DNA of 64,000 nt from an uncultured Gammaproteobacteria bacterium (GTDB lineage: Bacteria; Patescibacteriota; Patescibacteriia; UBA9934): NCBI GenBank assembly GCA_964613815.1, contig CAZTKG010000003.1:125440-189439 (forward strand), in the 5' to 3' direction. Position 1 is the first letter of the stretch. Every line of letters starts with the position of its first letter. The notes beneath the pieces were generated by a model. The model was given only the letters and a program-made list of their open reading frames with translations, searched no databases and was not told the DNA's origin. Shown here piece by piece: positions 21,751 to 31,048 of the stretch. The position numbers and the translations under genes were made by a program.

Positions 21751-21945
21751 TGGAAATTAATAATCAAAAATGAGACCAGCAAAAATGCTGCTCTCGGGAC
21801 CCCTTTTGGGGCGGTTCCACCCGAGTTGTCGGCTTTTTTGATGAAGTCGACCGCTCTTTTAACTGCGCAGACGGGCGTAGTTCCGATCACTCCTGGGTTG
21901 GTGAGGCCCGATCTTGATGATGGTTTTAGGTTAGCGTAGTTTTGG

Positions 21946-22251
21946 TTGACGTGCAAGGGACTTGGTGATAGTCTTCGGGCGCAATGTGGAGGCCAAATGG
22001 CTTATGATAGCGGCGTCTCTCTGTGGAGAGGCTCTGGCGAGGAATACTGCATGAAGCACAAGATCTCGTTCCCGGGCATCAGCTGTCCTGACTGCCGATT
22101 CGAGATCAGGCGCAAGCTCGATCAGGAGCGCGCACTTGCCGAGAAGAAAGCGATTGTTGCCGCAGCTACTTCGGGGGCTACACGTCATCCGTTTGCGGTC
22201 GACGATCGTCAGCGTGAAGCCTGCAGCCCGGACGTTGACTCTCCTTCGTGA
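21946..22251 (+). CDS. hypothetical Cys-rich protein
   Basis: ORF with CPDC and CGG motifs. Weak support. Confidence 0.2.
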   Translation: MTCKGLGDSLRAQCGGQMAYDSGVSLWRGSGEEYCMKHKISFPGISCPDCRFEIRRKLDQERALAEKKAIVAAATSGATRHPFAVDDRQREACSPDVDSPS

Positions 22252-22344
22252 GAACCGCGTGATCGTGGTTCTTTTTTGTTTGAGAAAAAGATGACCGCGC
22301 CCGGGTTAGGGGCGCGGCTGAGAGTTGAGTCGTGTCACCACAGC

Positions 22345-23476
22345 CTAGGGCTTGGCGACGAACTCTCCGATGCGGAGGTTGAACCAGACACTGGGCCGCT
22401 TGGCATGGCTGTGCGTGATGGCGATGATGTTGCCACGGAGGTCCACGTCGGTGATGTTGCCGAGGTGGCCTCCGTACACGGCCTCGACCCACTCGTGCTC
22501 GTGGCGGTCGTAGTACATGATGCCGCCGCCGAACATGCCGCCACGGATCTCGTAGACCTCGACGTTTCTGGGGAGCTGGAGGCGCTGGCTCGGGTAGTAC
22601 TCGAGATCCTGCGTACGGGTGACGGTGCCGTTCTCGTAGGTGAGGATGTAGGACTCCCACTCGTCCTGCATGATGATGTTGGCTCCGTAGGGTGTCTGCG
22701 AGACGCCGACGACCGACCTCGCCGGGGTGGAAGCCGGGGCCGAGGGGGATGTTGGCGTCGACGGTGGCCAGAGTCTGGTAGGGCACGGTTCCGTCGGCGG
22801 CGGCCCAGCACCAGTGTCCGTCGATCTTGGCGAGGTACCGTTCTGGGGTGACATACTCGCCGTAGCCGGTGTAGATACGGAAGTACTGGCCGCCTTCGAT
22901 GTACTCAGTGGGCTCCCCACAGGGGACCTGGAAGCGGCCGGTGAAGAGGTTCAACAGGATCTCTTCGGGGTCGGTGTCGCGGGTCGCCAAGGCGTTCGGC
23001 GTGATGATGGTGCGACCGTGGTGCAAGTCGACCGCCTCGGCATGGCCGGTTCGGGGGCCCTTGTAGTACGCGATGTGCCAGTTGCCGCCCGCGTAGTACA
23101 GCATACCGTTGAAGCTGGCGGCGCCGGTGCTTGGGAGCATCGGGTAGATCGCCATGGTGTCGGTCTTGAGCAGGGGCTCCTGGACCATGCTGCCGGTCTC
23201 GCGGATGGTGACCAGCGCATCGCCTTCGGGGACGTACTGGTGCACGCCGCCTCCGGTGATGAGGAAGGTCTTTCCGTCCATGGTGACGAGGTCTTCGAAG
23301 CTGTCGTGGAGACTGAGGCTGACCGTGGTGCCGCCCGGGAGCTCGAGAGTCTCTTGGCGGACGCGACCGGGAAAGCTGACGTCGTGGATGAAGGTGCCGG
23401 CCGGCGTTTCGATGGTGTCGGCGCGGTCGAAGGGGGATGCGGCGAACGCGGTGGAAAGGGCGAGGGTCAACAGCAT
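22345..23476 (-). pseudogene. high-GC secreted protein gene split by a frameshift near 22700-22760
   Basis: The N-terminal part (signal peptide MLLTLALSTAFAAS...) reads in one frame down to about 22730. The C-terminal part (...TPYGANIIMQDEWESYILTYENGT...VAKP) continues in a second frame to the stop at 22345. The junction contains G/C homopolymer runs. Confidence 0.55.
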
Positions 23477-23530
23477 GAGATCTCCTTGGAGGGGTGGAAT
23501 GGATGCGATAAATCGCGACTGCTTGACGGT

Positions 23531-23563
23531 TTATATTAGCAGGAAAATGGGGTTTTGTCAATG
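23531..23563 (-). promoter_or_regulatory. conserved promoter block (TTGACAAAA-N-ATTTTCCTGCTAATAT) driving the frameshifted secreted-protein gene
   Basis: Minus-strand read cattgacaaaaccccattttcctgctaatataa: -35 TTGACA, 17-nt spacer, -10 TAATAT. Confidence 0.5.
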
Positions 23564-23632
23564 TAATCTTGGCTAAACCTTGACAAAATGCTAGTTTTAT
23601 GGCAAGTTCTCTAGTCTTAACAGGAGACTGAA

Positions 23633-23821
23633 ATGGACTCTCGCTCTTTAATCAATGGCTTTAGTACACCCGCTACCCGACAGTACTGTGCGTCCCACAA
23701 TCTGTTCTACCCGAAGAACGGTTCGTGCGTATTCTGCGATCCTCCGGTGCAACTTGATGATGAGCCTCCTCCGTCCGACCCTTCGCCGAAGAAGGATGTG
23801 GGAACGCAAACGCCGCGATGA
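23633..23821 (+). CDS. hypothetical small zinc-ribbon protein
   Basis: AGGAGA RBS 7 nt upstream, CxxH...CxxC motif, and the repeat element directly downstream. Confidence 0.35.
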   Translation: MDSRSLINGFSTPATRQYCASHNLFYPKNGSCVFCDPPVQLDDEPPPSDPSPKKDVGTQTPR

Positions 23822-23847
23822 ATTTCGCGGCGTGATTTTTTTTGTTT

Positions 23848-23893
23848 CCATCTCGACCTTGTGGAGGGATCTCTCCGCAAGGTCGAGATGGGA
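23848..23893. repeat. dispersed nested palindromic repeat, copy 3
   Basis: CCATCTCGACC-ttgtg-GAGGGATCTCTCC-gcaa-GGTCGAGATGG. Confidence 0.8.
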
Positions 23894-23915
23894 ATTGGAT
23901 GATGCACCAGGTTCG

Positions 23916-25100
23916 CTAATCGATGTCTTTTACGATTATTTTGATGTGGTCTTTGAGCGTTGGGACGCGCTTTAGCCAGAATGGGGTGAAGGAGATGCTC
24001 ACCTCTTCGATCGCGTTTGAGGACTCTAGGATGGTTTCTACTTCTTGCGGCGCGCGGCCGAGGAAGCGTTCTTTGTCTAGGATGTCGGATGCTGTACTGA
24101 TGACTGCGATGCCGTCTAGGTAGACGGAGAGAGATGCCGTGCCTTGGTTTGGGTTTGAGTTTTGGACTTCGATTTGGAGGCCCTCGTCGTTTACTTTGGC
24201 GATTTCGTAGCCTTCTGCGACGCGGGTTTGGAGTTCTGCTCTGGCGTAGTCTGCGACGACTTCTTGGTCGAAGAATACCCCTGTGACAACAACGGAGAGC
24301 GAGACGGTGAAGGCACCTATTTCTGCGCCCGGTTCGCTATCTGCGACTTTTTCTGTGACCTCCGTGGTGTATTCTGCGTAGTCTAGGGCCTCGTCAACGC
24401 GTTCGGCGAGCATGGCTTTTGACTCTTCTAGGACCTCTTCTGTGAGCTCTTCTACAGCTGATTCTAGATCTGCTTCAGTGAGGGTTCGGATATAGACGAG
24501 GCCGCCGACCATTTGTTCAACGCTGACAGCGTAGACTTCTTGCTGACGTGACTCGTTAAGGCCTGGGATCGTGAATTGACTTGGACCGATTTCGCCGTCT
24601 AGACCTGGCTGGTCTGCGTGCGCGATGACGTCGATGGATCCGTTTGCTGGGACGGTTGTGCCTTCATCTAGGCGGAATAGGATGCCCTCTTCTGATAGCA
24701 AGCGTGTGGTTGCGACGAGCTGCTGGTCTTCGCCTGACTCGTTGATGAGCGTGACGAGGCCGCCCGCCTTTTGTTCCACTGCTTCAGCGCCTTCTGATGA
24801 GAGGGTGAAGGTCTTTCCTTTTGAAAAGGTGTCTTCGATGACGATTCCGGCGAGTTGGTTTGTGGATGGTGGGTTTGCGACCTCTACGGTGATGTTGGTG
24901 GAGACGACCTTTTCTGCTGGGTCGATCTTGATCGTGGCTTTGGATACCGATAGATACAAGACGATGATGAGCAATAAAAGCGCCCCTGCGACGAATAGGA
25001 GGGCGATTTTTTGGTAGATTCTGAGTGATCTTGAAAGCGGCTTTCCGCTTGATCTGGAGGATTTTCTTGCTTTGCTTAGAGACATACGCAAAATAGTCAC
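23916..25100 (-). CDS. hypothetical membrane-anchored extracytoplasmic protein
   Basis: Basic N-terminus, one TM helix, then a large acidic domain. Confidence 0.5.
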   Translation of the reverse strand: MTILRMSLSKARKSSRSSGKPLSRSLRIYQKIALLFVAGALLLLIIVLYLSVSKATIKIDPAEKVVSTNITVEVANPPSTNQLAGIVIEDTFSKGKTFTLSSEGAEAVEQKAGGLVTLINESGEDQQLVATTRLLSEEGILFRLDEGTTVPANGSIDVIAHADQPGLDGEIGPSQFTIPGLNESRQQEVYAVSVEQMVGGLVYIRTLTEADLESAVEELTEEVLEESKAMLAERVDEALDYAEYTTEVTEKVADSEPGAEIGAFTVSLSVVVTGVFFDQEVVADYARAELQTRVAEGYEIAKVNDEGLQIEVQNSNPNQGTASLSVYLDGIAVISTASDILDKERFLGRAPQEVETILESSNAIEEVSISFTPFWLKRVPTLKDHIKIIVKDID

Positions 25101-25162
25101 GTGAGTGAACCTGATTGATGGTTTTATTATAGCGGATTGTGGGGGGATGATCTAGGCTCGCC

Positions 25163-28100
25163 TTACCGCGAGAACATCACGTTCTGTTTCCCGACGATTT
25201 CTTGGATGCTTGCAATCACCTCCCCGTCTGGATCAATGAGATATTCTGTTTGGACTTTTCGGGAGCGCTCACCTGACCTTACGACGAGATAGACACGTTC
25301 TTTGCCGGGGTTTGCTTTTAGGAGCGCCTGCAGGTTTGTGATCATGTCTGGGGTTGGCTTTTGTGGGACGACGATGGAGACCCCCTGCATGACGAACGGA
25401 TTCATGATTTCGTTTTCACCGTCCTCTAATGACGGCCACATTCCTCGTTTTAGTGCTGACTTTACGATTGGCGTATCGGACTCTTCGAAACTCAGGAGTT
25501 GGTCGCACAGAATACTTCGACGACCTTCGTCGCCGTCTCGCACGGATACTTTTCCGGCGATGAGAGTAAGCTTTCCCTCGATGAGCTGATGCTGTATCTC
25601 TGCGAATATTTTCGGGAAGACAACGATCTCTAGCTCCCCTGCCCCGTCTTCTAGCTTCACAAAGGCCATGGGCTTTTGATGCTTCTTGGTCAGGATCTTT
25701 TTTACGGTACCGATGACACCAGCGACTTGGGTCATAGATTGGTTTTCCAGTCCTTGCACTGCCGATGTTTTGACAGTGAGATCTCCAAGAGTTTCTGAGA
25801 GGATTTTTCCTGGGTGGTTTGAGACGTAGATCCCGAGAAGCTCTTTTTCCCAAGCCATGAGTTCGCCTTTTGAGATCGGCTCTTTGACCTCTCTTAGGCG
25901 CAGCTTACTGTCTTGCATTGCTGGAGCCATGTCGAACATAGAGACTTGGTTCTGCTCCTTTTCTTTACTGATCTGCTTTGTGAAGAGAAGCATCTGGTCC
26001 AGGTTTGTGACCAAGCACTCTCTTTCTTCGAACCTATCTATTGCCCCTGACTTTGTAAGCGCCTCTAGGGCTTTTTTGTTTAGGGCGCTTGCTGGGACTC
26101 TGGATAGGAAATCTACTAAATCTACGAAATCTCCGTTTTCTTTTCGCTCCTGGACAAGCACTTTTGCAACTTCGTCTCCGTAGTTTTTGATGGCGCGAAG
26201 GCCCCAGCGGATGTTTCCTGTTTCTGGGACAACAGCGAAGCTTGGAAATGATTCGTTTACGTCTGGCGGGAGGACCTCGATACCAAGACGACGGCATTCT
26301 TCTACCTCGATCGTGATGCGGTCGATGTTTCCTGCGTCGGAGTTCATGAGGGCGGCCATGAAGGCGGATGGATAGTGCGCTTTGAGGTAGGCGGTCCAGT
26401 AGGCGATGGTTCCGTAGCAGGCGGCGTGGGATTTGTTGAATCCGTAGGCGGCAAAGTCTTCTAGTTTTTGGAAAATCTCTTCTGCGATGCGTTTTGGTAC
26501 GCCGTTTTCTACGGAGCCAGCAATAAACTTGACCTTCATTTTGGCCATCAGCTCGACGATCTTCTTTCCCATTGCTTTACGGAGCGTGTCCGCCTCTCCC
26601 CCGGTGAAGCCCGCCATTTCTTTGGAGATTTGCATCACCTGTTCTTGGTAGACGGGGATTCCGTAGGTTTCTTTGAACGAGTTTTCCATTTTTGGATGCT
26701 CGTATTCGATCTTTTCTTTGCCGTGCTTTCGCGCGATAAAGCTCTCGATGAACTGCATTGGGCCTGGGCGGTAGAGAGCCACCATCGCGATGATGTCTTC
26801 GAAGACGGTGGGTTTGAGTTCGCGGATGTAGCGCTTCATGCCGTCTGACTCGAGTTGGAAAACGCCAGTGGTGTCGCCGCGGCCGAGGAGTTCGAAGGTT
26901 TTTTTGTCTTCGAGGGGGATGTCTTCCACGACGACGGTGTCGCCGTAGACGGCTTTGATGACCTTGATCGCGTCTTGGATCACGGTGAGGTTTGAAAGGC
27001 CGAGGAAGTCCATTTTGACGAGTCCTGCGGCTTCTGCGGAGTTGAGAGAGTACTGGGTGACAAGGGCGGTGTCTTCTCTTTGGCCGGCTTGAAGCGGGGC
27101 GCGCTCGACGAGTGGCTTGTCTCCGACCACGAATCCGCAGGCGTGCTGCGAGGCGTGACGGGGGTTTCCCTCGATTTTCATGGCGAGGTCGATGACGCGG
27201 CGGGCCATGGCTTGGCCGTTGTAAAGCTGCTTGAGTTCTGGGTCTTCTTTGATGGCGATTCCGAGAGGCGTGTGGCGACCCTGTACGGGAGGTGGGACGG
27301 TTTTGGCGATAAGGTCTGCTTCGTCGTATTCGAGACCGAGGACGCGGGCAGCGTCGCGGACGGCGGCGCGGGGCATCATGGTTCCGAAGGTGATGATACC
27401 GGCGACGTGGTCGGCGCCGTATTTTTCCGTGACGTACCCGAGGACCTCCCCTCGCCTGGTGTCGGTGAAGTCTAGGTCGACGTCTGGCATGGAGATTCTG
27501 TCTGGGTTTAAGAAGCGCTCGAAAAGAAGGCCGTATTTGAGTGGGTCGATGTCGGTGATCTTTAGGGCGTAGGAGATGATGGAGCCTGCAGCAGATCCTC
27601 GGCCTGGGCCGACGAGGATTCCCTGGTCTTTTGCCCAGTTTACAAAGTCCTGGACGATAATAAAGTACGAGGCAAAGCCCATGTTTTTGATCACGCCGAA
27701 CTCGTATTCGAACCGTTCGAGTACTTCTTCTGAGAGATCGTTTCCGTAGCGTACTTTGAGCCCTGCTAGCGTGAGGTCGTGCAGGTAGTCGTCATCTGTC
27801 TTCCCTGGCGGCATCGGGAAGATCGGCAGGTAGTTGTTGCCTAAGTCCATTTCGAAGGTGACGGAGTCTGCCACCTTTTTTGTGTTCATGATGGCTTCTG
27901 GGATGTGCTTGTAGGCGTCGAAGATTTCTTGATTGCTGCACATGGAAAGATCCACATCCATTGGATTGGTTTGGCGGAAGCGTTCTAGCGTGCGGCCGCG
28001 TTGGATGCAGAGTTGGGCCTCGTATCCTTCTTTATCTTCTGACTTGATGTAGAACGAGTTGCGGGTGACGATGAGAGGAGCGCCGGTTTTTTTGCCGAAT

Positions 28101-28684
28101 TCGATGAGCTTTTCGTTGAGCTCAACTTGGCGGGCGTAGTCTGGGTGGTGAATGAGTTCTAGGTAGAAATTTTCCTCACCGACGATTTGTTGCCATTCAC
28201 GGAGGATAGACTCGGCCTTTTCGTGGTCGTCCATTGAGAGCGCTGAGGGGATTTGGCCTTTTGGTCCGCCTGATAAGACTGTAACGCCTTTGCCGTGGGA
28301 CTTCATGAACTCCATGTCGACGCGGGGCTTGTAGTAGAAGCCTTCGAGAAAGCCGGCGGTGGTGATTTTGAGAATGTTTTTGTAGCCGTCGTCGTTTCTT
28401 GCGAGGAGTGTTGCGCGGTGAGGGCGGCCGTCTAGACGTGAGCGTTTTAGGTGCATGCCGTGGACCGCGATGAAGGCGTCGAGGCCGATGATGGGCTTGA
28501 TCTCTGCCTTTTTGCAGGCTTTATAAAACTCCACGGCTCCATACATGGAGCCGTTGTCGGTAAGTGCGATTGCCTTCCCTCCTTGCTCGAGTGTGTGCGC
28601 GACAAGCTTCTTTGGGCTTGGTAGCGCTTCGAGGAGTGAGTAATGCGAATGCACATGAAGATTGACGAAATCTTCTGGCGTCAT
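25163..28684 (-). CDS. dnaE: DNA polymerase III subunit alpha
   Basis: PHP domain HVHSHYS at the N-terminus, then polymerase core, OB fold and other DnaE-wide similarity. The 90-aa N-terminal extension in the ORF track is a high-GC read-through and was removed. Confidence 0.95.
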   Translation of the reverse strand: MTPEDFVNLHVHSHYSLLEALPSPKKLVAHTLEQGGKAIALTDNGSMYGAVEFYKACKKAEIKPIIGLDAFIAVHGMHLKRSRLDGRPHRATLLARNDDGYKNILKITTAGFLEGFYYKPRVDMEFMKSHGKGVTVLSGGPKGQIPSALSMDDHEKAESILREWQQIVGEENFYLELIHHPDYARQVELNEKLIEFGKKTGAPLIVTRNSFYIKSEDKEGYEAQLCIQRGRTLERFRQTNPMDVDLSMCSNQEIFDAYKHIPEAIMNTKKVADSVTFEMDLGNNYLPIFPMPPGKTDDDYLHDLTLAGLKVRYGNDLSEEVLERFEYEFGVIKNMGFASYFIIVQDFVNWAKDQGILVGPGRGSAAGSIISYALKITDIDPLKYGLLFERFLNPDRISMPDVDLDFTDTRRGEVLGYVTEKYGADHVAGIITFGTMMPRAAVRDAARVLGLEYDEADLIAKTVPPPVQGRHTPLGIAIKEDPELKQLYNGQAMARRVIDLAMKIEGNPRHASQHACGFVVGDKPLVERAPLQAGQREDTALVTQYSLNSAEAAGLVKMDFLGLSNLTVIQDAIKVIKAVYGDTVVVEDIPLEDKKTFELLGRGDTTGVFQLESDGMKRYIRELKPTVFEDIIAMVALYRPGPMQFIESFIARKHGKEKIEYEHPKMENSFKETYGIPVYQEQVMQISKEMAGFTGGEADTLRKAMGKKIVELMAKMKVKFIAGSVENGVPKRIAEEIFQKLEDFAAYGFNKSHAACYGTIAYWTAYLKAHYPSAFMAALMNSDAGNIDRITIEVEECRRLGIEVLPPDVNESFPSFAVVPETGNIRWGLRAIKNYGDEVAKVLVQERKENGDFVDLVDFLSRVPASALNKKALEALTKSGAIDRFEERECLVTNLDQMLLFTKQISKEKEQNQVSMFDMAPAMQDSKLRLREVKEPISKGELMAWEKELLGIYVSNHPGKILSETLGDLTVKTSAVQGLENQSMTQVAGVIGTVKKILTKKHQKPMAFVKLEDGAGELEIVVFPKIFAEIQHQLIEGKLTLIAGKVSVRDGDEGRRSILCDQLLSFEESDTPIVKSALKRGMWPSLEDGENEIMNPFVMQGVSIVVPQKPTPDMITNLQALLKANPGKERVYLVVRSGERSRKVQTEYLIDPDGEVIASIQEIVGKQNVMFSR

Positions 28685-28726
28685 ATCACATTTTAGATTA
28701 GCAAAGATGTGGGAAAGAAAAAAGCC

Positions 28727-28762
28727 CCCGACGAGAGCTGGGCTCGATCGTCGGGGGGTGTG
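28727..28762 (-). terminator. rho-independent terminator after the 28782..29369 membrane gene
   Basis: Minus strand CCCCCGACGA-tcgagcccagctc-TCGTCGGGGG followed by CTTTTTT. Confidence 0.5.
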
Positions 28763-28781
28763 CCGTGGGCGGGCGCGTTGT

Positions 28782-29369
28782 CTAGGCCGGGTCGAACTCG
28801 ACCGGGGGGCAGACCTTGCCGTGGGCCGTGCGGAGGACGGCGATGAGGAAGGACTTGTTGAGCGCGATCTTGATGCGCTCGATGAGCCGCTCCGCTGGGC
28901 GCTCGATGAGCATGTAGGCAGCCATCGCCATGAACGTGAACGTGAACGCACCACCTACGGCCATGGCGAGGCTGATCATCACCTGCTGGAAGTGATCCAT
29001 CGCCTCGATGATCACCATCGGAATTGCGCCAAGCATCATGAGGAGGAGCTTGCCTACCCCGATGAGCGTGTACACGACCGCGTCGATGCCGGCGAGACCG
29101 GTGTGCTCGCTGACGATCTCGACCACTCCAACGAACGAGATCAGAGCGAAGACGCCGATGATCTGCAGCATGAAGGCTTCGGAGCCGGTGCCTCTCGAGT
29201 ACATGTCCTTGTAGAACAATGTCCAGCCGAAAGCCGAGAAATAGATCTCGTCGATGACGGCTCTGACGTACGGGCAGAGACCGATGTGTCCGGCGTCGAG
29301 GACCTCGACGTGGTAGGGGTTGGCGCGCAGGTAGAGTCTGCGATGCCAGGCGTTTTGTGGGAATCTCAT
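28782..29369 (-). CDS. hypothetical membrane protein, high-GC (paralog A)
   Basis: N-terminal WHRRLYL...LCPY and C-terminal VCPPVEF motifs shared with 30030..30608, and 4 TM helices. Confidence 0.55.
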   Translation of the reverse strand: MRFPQNAWHRRLYLRANPYHVEVLDAGHIGLCPYVRAVIDEIYFSAFGWTLFYKDMYSRGTGSEAFMLQIIGVFALISFVGVVEIVSEHTGLAGIDAVVYTLIGVGKLLLMMLGAIPMVIIEAMDHFQQVMISLAMAVGGAFTFTFMAMAAYMLIERPAERLIERIKIALNKSFLIAVLRTAHGKVCPPVEFDPA

Positions 29370-29396
29370 GTGATTTCACCTCTTGGTTGAAGGAAC

Positions 29397-29437
29397 TTTA
29401 GCGGTAAAATATACCAAATATTCTGCCTTTTGTCAAT
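29397..29437 (-). promoter_or_regulatory. conserved-family promoter (TTGACA-N17-TATATT followed by TTACCGCTA)
   Basis: Minus-strand read gaattgacaaaaggcagaatatttggtatattttaccgcta. Confidence 0.5.
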
Positions 29438-29487
29438 TCCCCCGGGTACTGAATAGAAAAAACCTCCCTTGTTGGGAGATTGAGGAC

Positions 29488-29919
29488 TTACGCGTCTGCA
29501 GCGGTGAAGAGTTCGGCGAATGCGGACATGGAGTCGTCCACCGTGTCCTGCAGGGAATTGCTGAGCTGACGCAGTGTGACGTGGAACGCGATCGCGAGGG
29601 CGATGGTCTGGCTGACGGAGTCGGTGCCGACCCTGCCCTGCAGCTCAGCGAGTACCGCCTTTGCCTCGGCGCTGAACGTCATGCCGAAGGCGTCGGTTCC
29701 GGCGTAGCTGTCCATGATGGCCCGTGCTTTACCCATCGCATCTTCCCCGAGGCTTCCGAGGCGTTCTACTTCGGCGCGCCTGTTGGGGTCTGTGAACACG
29801 TCCAGTGCGCGGAGGGATCTGCGAATGGCCTCGCCCGCGGTGCGCGAGTGGAGATCCGGTGTTGCCGCCCTGAGCATGGGCATGTTGATGTGGATGATGT
29901 TACCTGAGGATGATGACAT
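29488..29919 (-). CDS. hypothetical small alpha-helical protein (high-GC)
   Basis: Begins MSSSSGNII. The longer ORF-track start was rejected because it overlaps the real downstream paralog in another frame. Confidence 0.45.
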   Translation of the reverse strand: MSSSSGNIIHINMPMLRAATPDLHSRTAGEAIRRSLRALDVFTDPNRRAEVERLGSLGEDAMGKARAIMDSYAGTDAFGMTFSAEAKAVLAELQGRVGTDSVSQTIALAIAFHVTLRQLSNSLQDTVDDSMSAFAELFTAADA

Positions 29920-30029
29920 GTCTTCTCCTGAAAAAGGACGCTTTAGACTAGATTTTTTCGCTGGGTTTGTCAAGAAGTAAATGAAAAACCCCGGCGGGCC
30001 AAGCTGGGCTTGGGGCCGGGGCGGACGCG

Positions 30030-30608
30030 CTACTGCGCAGAGAAGCGGACGGGTGGGCAGACGCGGTTCCAGGTGGCGATGGCCATGGCTCCGAGGAGGG
30101 TGGAGGCGATGTAGGCCTTGGTGCGGATCAAGAACTTCCAGATGATGGAGCTCGTAATCGCTACAGCGACCCAGAATGCCAGCACGAATGGCACGCCGAT
30201 CGCAAACTTGCCCATCTGCAGGAGTTCGCCGGGAGCGTTGCGAATGAGATTCCCACCGATGTAGGACGTGAACTCCCAGATCACCGACACGAAGGCGATG
30301 AGCGTTCCCATGGCATCGGCGTGGATCATGGTGGCTATCTCGTGGAATGCGAGCACGAAGGCGATGGCACAGATCGAGACCACGAACCACCAGAGGCGGA
30401 TCAGGAAGGTGAACATGACGCTGTCGACGAATGAGAATCCGTCTTCGGTCTGCTTGCCGAAGTTGCGTCGCCAGATCTCGCCGACGACGGTCCAGAAGTA
30501 GGGACAGAGGTGAACCTCTTCGTTTTCGATACGCAGCCAGTCTCCTGGTTTGGCGTCGAGGTAGACCTGGCGATGCCAGACGTTTTTGTTGAACATGGAT
30601 GACTCCAT
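30030..30608 (-). CDS. hypothetical membrane protein, high-GC (paralog B)
   Basis: WHRQVYL...LCPYFW and RVCPPVRF motifs, paralogous to 28782..29369. Confidence 0.55.
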   Translation of the reverse strand: MESSMFNKNVWHRQVYLDAKPGDWLRIENEEVHLCPYFWTVVGEIWRRNFGKQTEDGFSFVDSVMFTFLIRLWWFVVSICAIAFVLAFHEIATMIHADAMGTLIAFVSVIWEFTSYIGGNLIRNAPGELLQMGKFAIGVPFVLAFWVAVAITSSIIWKFLIRTKAYIASTLLGAMAIATWNRVCPPVRFSAQ

Positions 30609-30627
30609 TGAATGAACGGTGGTGGAT

Positions 30628-30659
30628 TACTATAGCGGAAAAATGTCGTTTTGTCAATA
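30628..30659 (-). promoter_or_regulatory. conserved promoter block (TTGACAAAACGACATTTTTCCGCTATAGT)
   Basis: -35 TTGACA, 17-nt spacer, -10 TATAGT, about 20 nt upstream of the paralog B start. Confidence 0.5.
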
Positions 30660-31048
30660 AGAAAACCGGCTGGCCGAGTTGAGATCGGTGCCGGTTTATG
30701 TGCATGAAATCCTTTGTATAAGGCATGTTGTCCTTATTTATCTCATGCGCTTAGCGCTGCGTGTCCCGCCTTTGTGACTTGCACTCCCCCACCCCATCGC
30801 CTTGTGATGAGGCCTCTCTGGTGCAGGGATAGCAGGATGAGCTGACAGACCTGGCTTGATAACTCCCATCGCTTCCTCATTTCTCTGATGCAGATGCGAT
30901 GCGATGGCCCACCTTTACCGTTCCAGTCCCCCTCTATTCTTTAGATGCAGCCGAGAACTTGTCTCGTTTCTGCCTTAGTCATCTATCCCCCGAAAAAGAA
31001 CTTGGGTATTGAGCCATAAATGCGTCACGTCGTCAAAAAGAAAAACCG

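Noticed and set aside
21753-21850. Possible small RNA with plus-strand terminator (gggacccc-tttt-ggggc ... ccgagttgtcggctttttt)
   Set aside because: Better explained as the minus-strand thrS leader (listed as a T-box-like candidate). No promoter or conserved RNA family recognised for a plus-strand sRNA.
22335-23561. Several long overlapping ORFs (22335..22811, 22727..23539, 22905..23561, 22951..23220)
   Set aside because: Alternative-frame artefacts of the high-GC island. Arg/Pro/Gly-rich, overlapping the motif-bearing secreted-protein frames.
28685-28954. 90-codon N-terminal extension of the dnaE ORF
   Set aside because: Ser/Arg/Pro-rich read-through into the high-GC region. Genuine DnaE starts at the PHP-domain Met (MTPEDFVNLHVHSHYS).
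28662-29390. 242-aa plus-strand ORF and 228-aa minus-strand ORF overlapping 28782..29369
   Set aside because: High-GC alternative frames. The retained frame has TM helices and a clear paralog at 30030..30608.
29920-30726. N-terminal 270 codons of the 412-aa ORF 29488..30726
   Set aside because: Overlaps the real membrane-protein gene 30030..30608 in another frame on the same strand. Arg/His/Pro-rich. Only the C-terminal 144 codons (29488..29919) look protein-like.
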